Shown here: piece by piece, positions 59,871 through 64,000 of the stretch
Layout: each line of letters begins with the position of its first letter
How positions within the stretch are numbered: position 1 is the first letter of the stretch
Source of the DNA: Caulobacteraceae bacterium
GTDB taxonomy: Bacteria; Pseudomonadota; Alphaproteobacteria; Caulobacterales; Caulobacteraceae
DNA length: 64,000 nucleotides
NCBI GenBank assembly: GCA_043746375.1
Contig: JAYTRF010000132.1
Location: 12,295-76,294 of the forward strand
Direction: 5' to 3'
Program-made: the position numbers and the translations under genes
Notes under the pieces: model-generated
Database searches by the model: none
Seen by the model: the letters and a program-made list of their open reading frames with translations, nothing else
What the model was told of the DNA's origin: nothing

Positions 59871-61355
59871 ATGAAAATCGAATTTGTCGCCGCCGACGCA
59901 CCTGCCGGCAGGACCGCGGCGGTCGCCGTACTGGCCTTCGAAAAGGGCAAGCTCGCCGGGGCCGCCGCCGGCCTCGACAAAACGACCGGCGGCGTCCTCA
60001 CGCGCGCGATCGCGGGCGGACGCTTCACCGGCGCGACCGGCCAGAATCTCGATATTGTCGCTCCCAATGGGATCGACGCGGCACGGGTGCTGATCGTCGG
60101 CGCCGGCGCGGCCGACAAGCTAACCGAGCGCGCGCTCCAAACCGCCGGCGCCCAGGCCTATCAGGCGGTCAAGCTCAGCGGCGCCGACACCCTCGTCCTG
60201 CGCCTGCCAGGAATTGCTCCGGCCGTAGCCGTTCACGCGGGCTTTGGGGCGACCCTGGCGGCCTATCGCTTCGACAAACACCGGACGCGCGAGAAGGCCG
60301 ACAAGAAACCCTCAGTGACCAAGATGCTGATCGCGGTCGACGATCCCAAGGCGGCGGCGAAGGCTTACAAGCCGCTGGCAAGCCTGGCCGAAGCGGTCAT
60401 CTACGCTCGCGACCTAGTCAGCGAGCCGGCCAACATCCTCTACCCGGAAGAGTACGCGCGGCGCGTGAAAAAGCTTGAGCGGCTGGGCCTTACCGTCGAG
60501 ATCCTCGGCGAAAAGGAGATGAAAAAACTCGGCATGGGCGCCCTGCTCGGCGTTGGCCAGGGCAGCGTGCGTGAAAGCCAACTCGCAGTGATTCAATGGA
60601 AGGGCGCCAAGAACCCGGACGCCCAGCCCGTCGCCTTCGTCGGCAAGGGCGTCTGCTTCGACACCGGCGGCATCTCCATCAAGGGCGCGGACGGAATGGA
60701 GGAAATGATCACCGACATGGGTGGTTCGGCCGCAGTGGCCGGGCTGATGTTCGCCCTGGCGGCGCGCAAGGCCAAGATCAACGCGGTTGGTATCCTTGGC
60801 CTGGTCGAGAACATGCCGGACGGCAATGCCCAGCGCCCCGGCGATGTGGTCACCACCATGTCCGGGCAGACAGTCGAGGTGATCAACACCGACGCCGAGG
60901 GCCGCCTCGTCTTGGCCGACGCTGTCTGGTACTGCCAGAACCGCTTCAAACCAAAGTTCATCGTCGACTTAGCGACCCTCACCGGGGCCATAGTGGTTTC
61001 GCTTGGGAAGGATTTGGCCGGCCTGTTCAGCAACAACGACGCGCTGGCCGACAACCTGCTGGCGGCGTCCAAGGCGACCTGCGAGGCGCTTTGGCGCATG
61101 CCGCTGCCGGTTCAGTACGACAAGCACCTCGATAGCGGGGTGGCGGATATGAAAAACATCGGCCCGCGCTACGGCGGCTCGATAACCGCAGCCCTGTTCA
61201 TCCAGCGGTTTGTCAACAACGTGCCATGGGCGCATCTAGACATCGCCTCGACCGCTTGGAAACCAGGCTCGACCGTGCCCACCATCCCCAGCGGCGCGAC
61301 CGGCTTTGGCGTGCAACTGCTGGACCGCCTGGTGTCCGATTTCTACGAGGGCTGA
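59871..61355 (+). CDS. pepA: Leucyl aminopeptidase (M17)
   Basis: VGKGVCFDTGGISIK, DMGG, NTDAEGRL.LAD, DLATLTGA, WAHLDIA. Confidence 0.95.
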   Translation: MKIEFVAADAPAGRTAAVAVLAFEKGKLAGAAAGLDKTTGGVLTRAIAGGRFTGATGQNLDIVAPNGIDAARVLIVGAGAADKLTERALQTAGAQAYQAVKLSGADTLVLRLPGIAPAVAVHAGFGATLAAYRFDKHRTREKADKKPSVTKMLIAVDDPKAAAKAYKPLASLAEAVIYARDLVSEPANILYPEEYARRVKKLERLGLTVEILGEKEMKKLGMGALLGVGQGSVRESQLAVIQWKGAKNPDAQPVAFVGKGVCFDTGGISIKGADGMEEMITDMGGSAAVAGLMFALAARKAKINAVGILGLVENMPDGNAQRPGDVVTTMSGQTVEVINTDAEGRLVLADAVWYCQNRFKPKFIVDLATLTGAIVVSLGKDLAGLFSNNDALADNLLAASKATCEALWRMPLPVQYDKHLDSGVADMKNIGPRYGGSITAALFIQRFVNNVPWAHLDIASTAWKPGSTVPTIPSGATGFGVQLLDRLVSDFYEG

Positions 61356-61361
61356 GAGTAC

Positions 61362-62054
61362 CTGACCGCGCCTTTCGCCCTTATTCATAGTCCGCTTGTC
61401 GGACCGTCCGGATGGAGAGACGTTGAACGGATCCTCCGGCGGAGTGGACATCAAGCATCGACGATAGACTATGGACCCCCACTCGATGCACGATGGTACG
61501 ACGTCTCAGCGGCACGCATCGCCACGGCGCTACACTCGCTGCCTGAGCCGGCCGTCGTCATCACTCACAGCGCCGGTGGAGCGCTGGTCCCGTCGATCGT
61601 CGGGGCCGCAGCCGGGTCGGTCGCTGAAGTCATCTTCGTCGACGCCATCCTGCCCCACCCGGGGCGAAGCTGGCTGGAGACCGCGCCGCTGGCGTTGGCC
61701 CGGACGCTATGCGAGTTAGCCAACGAGGGCCTTCTTCCACCTTGGAACCAGTGGTTCGCCGTCGATCCAGCGGCAGCTTTGATTGCGGATCCAATCGCTC
61801 GCGCGGCTTTCTCGGCCGAACTTCCCTGCGTATCACTGACGATCTTGGAAACACCGGCGCCGCGACTGGTACAATGGGAGACAGTGTCGTGCGCCTATCT
61901 ACAACTGAGTGAGGCTTACAACGCCGAGGCCAACGAGGCCCGGCGACGGGGCTGGCGCACGCGGTGTGAACCGATGCATCATCTGTCAATGATCACCGAG
62001 CCCGACAGCGTGGCGGCCGTGCTCGTGGCGATGGCGCGCGGGGAGCCGCAATGA
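61362..62054 (+). CDS. Alpha/beta hydrolase with probable non-canonical CTG start (230 aa)
   Basis: Frame is open from 61356; LIHSPLVGP..W, nucleophile elbow THSAGG, IFVDA, C-terminal HHL; stop overlaps holC ATG. Confidence 0.72.
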   Translation: MTAPFALIHSPLVGPSGWRDVERILRRSGHQASTIDYGPPLDARWYDVSAARIATALHSLPEPAVVITHSAGGALVPSIVGAAAGSVAEVIFVDAILPHPGRSWLETAPLALARTLCELANEGLLPPWNQWFAVDPAAALIADPIARAAFSAELPCVSLTILETPAPRLVQWETVSCAYLQLSEAYNAEANEARRRGWRTRCEPMHHLSMITEPDSVAAVLVAMARGEPQ

Positions 62055-62512
62055 CCGCCGCCGCCTGCGAGGTGTGGTTTTATCAGTTGGAGCGCACCGG
62101 GCTGGAGCAGGTGCTGCCCGAACTGCTCGAAAAAACCATGGCGCGGGGCTGGCGCGCCCAAGTGCGCGCACCCGCCCGCGATCGCATCGATCAGCTCGAC
62201 GCCTGGCTCTGGGCTTGGCGGGAGGATAGCTTTCTCGCCCATGGCGCCGATGACGAGCCGATGGCCGATCGCCAACCCGTGCTGCTGACCACAGGCGCTG
62301 AAAATCTCAACGACGCCCAGGCGCTTTTCCTCGTTGACGGCGCGGAGCCCGGCGATCTTTCGCCCTTTGAGCGGTGTATTGTAATTTTCGACGGCCGCGA
62401 GGAGGCGGCTCTGACCCAGGCGCGGAACCGCTGGAAGACCTTCAAGGCCGGAGGTTCGCCCGTCACCTATTGGCGCCAGGCGGAAGGCAAGGGATGGGAG
62501 AGGCAGGGGTGA
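62051..62512 (+). CDS. holC: DNA polymerase III chi subunit
   Basis: V.FY.L, LLEK...RGW, LD..LW....SFL.H, QP.LL, AR.RWK. Confidence 0.92.
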   Translation: MTAAACEVWFYQLERTGLEQVLPELLEKTMARGWRAQVRAPARDRIDQLDAWLWAWREDSFLAHGADDEPMADRQPVLLTTGAENLNDAQALFLVDGAEPGDLSPFERCIVIFDGREEAALTQARNRWKTFKAGGSPVTYWRQAEGKGWERQG

Positions 62513-62868
62513 GGGTTTTCGCAGCCTGCGTAGCGCTCGTTTGGCTGGCTTCCTGCGCCGCTCCACCGGCTGCCCCAAGCCACGCCCAGCCCCGCAATCC
62601 ACCTCGCGCGCCCCCACCGAGGCCACCGGCGCCCCTGGCACGGCCGCTCGGAACGCCGGCGCCGACTCCCAGCGCAGATCAGTGCGGAGCGGATCCGCTG
62701 CAAAGTCTGGTCGGCAGACCGGAAACCGAAATTCCAATTCCGTTGGAGCCTGGTCGCCGGCGCGTCGTCTGCACGACCTGCCCAATGACCCAGGACTATC
62801 GTCCGGACCGTCAGACCATCCTCTTCGATGCCGCGACCGGTTTGGTGACGGCGGTCAAGTGCGGATGA
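62509..62868 (+). CDS. Lipoprotein with I78 peptidase-inhibitor-like domain
   Basis: GTG start, lipobox LASC, Pro-rich linker, D.CGA...LVG, MT.DYRPDR, terminal CG. Confidence 0.75.
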   Translation: MRVFAACVALVWLASCAAPPAAPSHAQPRNPPRAPPPRPPAPLARPLGTPAPTPSADQCGADPLQSLVGRPETEIPIPLEPGRRRVVCTTCPMTQDYRPDRQTILFDAATGLVTAVKCG

Positions 62869-62872
62869 TGGG

Positions 62873-64000
62873 TTAAGCTTTCGCCGCTTCGCACGCCTCC
62901 GCCGTATCCAGCCATTGCGCTTCCGCCCTGGCCAGGCTGACCAATGCCGTGGCGCGCCGGCGTTCGAGCTCGGCCACGCGATGGCCGGCGCCGGCCTCGC
63001 GTATCGCGGTGTCCAGGTCGGCGAGTTTGCGAGTCTCCCGCCGTACCGCGGCTTCCTGCTGAACCATGCGGTTCTGCAGGCCCTCGGGCACCACAGCGGG
63101 TCGTTCAGCGCCGCCCGCCATGGCTCGCGCGCGGCCCAGAACGAAGCGAGCGTAGTCGGCCATGTCGCCGTCGAAGGGCTTCACAGACCCACCCTCAACG
63201 AGCCACAGCCGATCGGCGACCAGCTCCATCAGGGAGCGATCGTGGGTGATGAGGATCACAGCGCCCTCGTAGTCATTCAGGGCTTCGGTGAGGGCTCGGC
63301 GACTGTCGATGTCCAGGTGATTGGTCGGCTCATCCAGGATCAGCAGGTGAGGGCGCTCCATGGCCACCATGTTGAGCAGCAGCCGCGCGCGTTCACCGCC
63401 CGAAAGATTGGCAACGGTCGTTTCCGCCTTCTCGACGGTCATCCCGAAGTGAGCCAGCCGCGAGCGCCTTGCCGACTCGGTCGCATCGGGCAGGGCCCTT
63501 CGCATGATTGCCAGGGGCGTATCTGCCGGATCGAGCGCCTCTATCTGGTGCTGGTGGAACCAGCCGACCTTCATGCGGCGATCGCGGTGCACGTGGCCCG
63601 CCGCCGTCGACAGATCGCCGGCGATCATCCTGGCGAAGGTGGTTTTGCCAGAGCCGTTGACGCCCAAGAGGCCGATGCGGTCATCAAGGTCCAGGCGAAG
63701 GTTCAGGGCCTCAAGTACCGGGGCGCCGCCGTAGCCGACCGAAACCCCTTCCAGTCGCACCAGCGGCGGCGCCAGCGGTCGTGTTGGCGATGGCAGGATG
63801 AAAGGGGCGACGCGTTCCTCGATCGCCGGCGTCGTCGCTTCGAGCTTGGCGATCATTTTCATCCGCGACTGGGCCTGACGCGCCTTGCTGGCCTTGGCGC
63901 GGAAACGGTCGACAAACGCCTGCATGTGGGCGCGCTTGGCCTCGATTTTCGTCCGCGTGGAAGCCTGCAGGCGCAACCGTTCGGCGCGCTGGCGCTCGAA
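62873..64000 (-). CDS. ABC-F family ATPase (5' truncated by window)
   Basis: RFRAKASKARQAQSR linker, GVNGSGKT, LSGGE, LILDEPTNHLD, ITHDR. Confidence 0.92.
   Translation of the reverse strand, partial: FERQRAERLRLQASTRTKIEAKRAHMQAFVDRFRAKASKARQAQSRMKMIAKLEATTPAIEERVAPFILPSPTRPLAPPLVRLEGVSVGYGGAPVLEALNLRLDLDDRIGLLGVNGSGKTTFARMIAGDLSTAAGHVHRDRRMKVGWFHQHQIEALDPADTPLAIMRRALPDATESARRSRLAHFGMTVEKAETTVANLSGGERARLLLNMVAMERPHLLILDEPTNHLDIDSRRALTEALNDYEGAVILITHDRSLMELVADRLWLVEGGSVKPFDGDMADYARFVLGRARAMAGGAERPAVVPEGLQNRMVQQEAAVRRETRKLADLDTAIREAGAGHRVAELERRRATALVSLARAEAQWLDTAEACEAAKA

Noticed and set aside
61353-61410. Selenocysteine recoding of the pepA TGA
   Set aside because: No convincing SECIS-like hairpin follows the TGA, and PepA ends at its expected length
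61470-61485. Possible frameshift in the C-run of the hydrolase gene
   Set aside because: Five C's keep the frame (GGA CCC CCA CTC); the frame is continuous, only the start codon is atypical

Overview
A GC-rich alphaproteobacterial chromosomal segment. PopZ, the ntrYX-dat-hfq-hflX block, the pcm-tolC-popZ-valS block and phaC point to the Caulobacteraceae (inference). It is mostly core genome: nitrogen signalling, heme/riboflavin/thiamine synthesis, fatty-acid initiation, rplM-rpsI, amino-acid metabolism, pccAB, pepA-holC and three tRNAs (Pro-GGG, Glu-UUC, Cys-GCA). I saw no prophage, IS element, CRISPR array or rRNA. The most interesting signals are: (1) a MerR gene with a strong internal in-frame ribosome-binding site that would yield a stand-alone TipAS/AlbAS-like ligand-binding isoform, lying directly upstream of a radical-SAM gene with a LexA box; (2) an alpha/beta-hydrolase frame between pepA and holC that has no canonical start and follows the pepA TGA in frame (CTG start or read-through); (3) a divergent pair of paralogous unknown membrane-anchored proteins, one of about 50% GC; (4) a frameshifted DUF1800 gene; (5) a riboflavin cluster lacking the deaminase domain and an active GTP cyclohydrolase II; (6) a GlyA with an altered folate-binding NKN motif. 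All family calls come from recalled motifs, not database searches.
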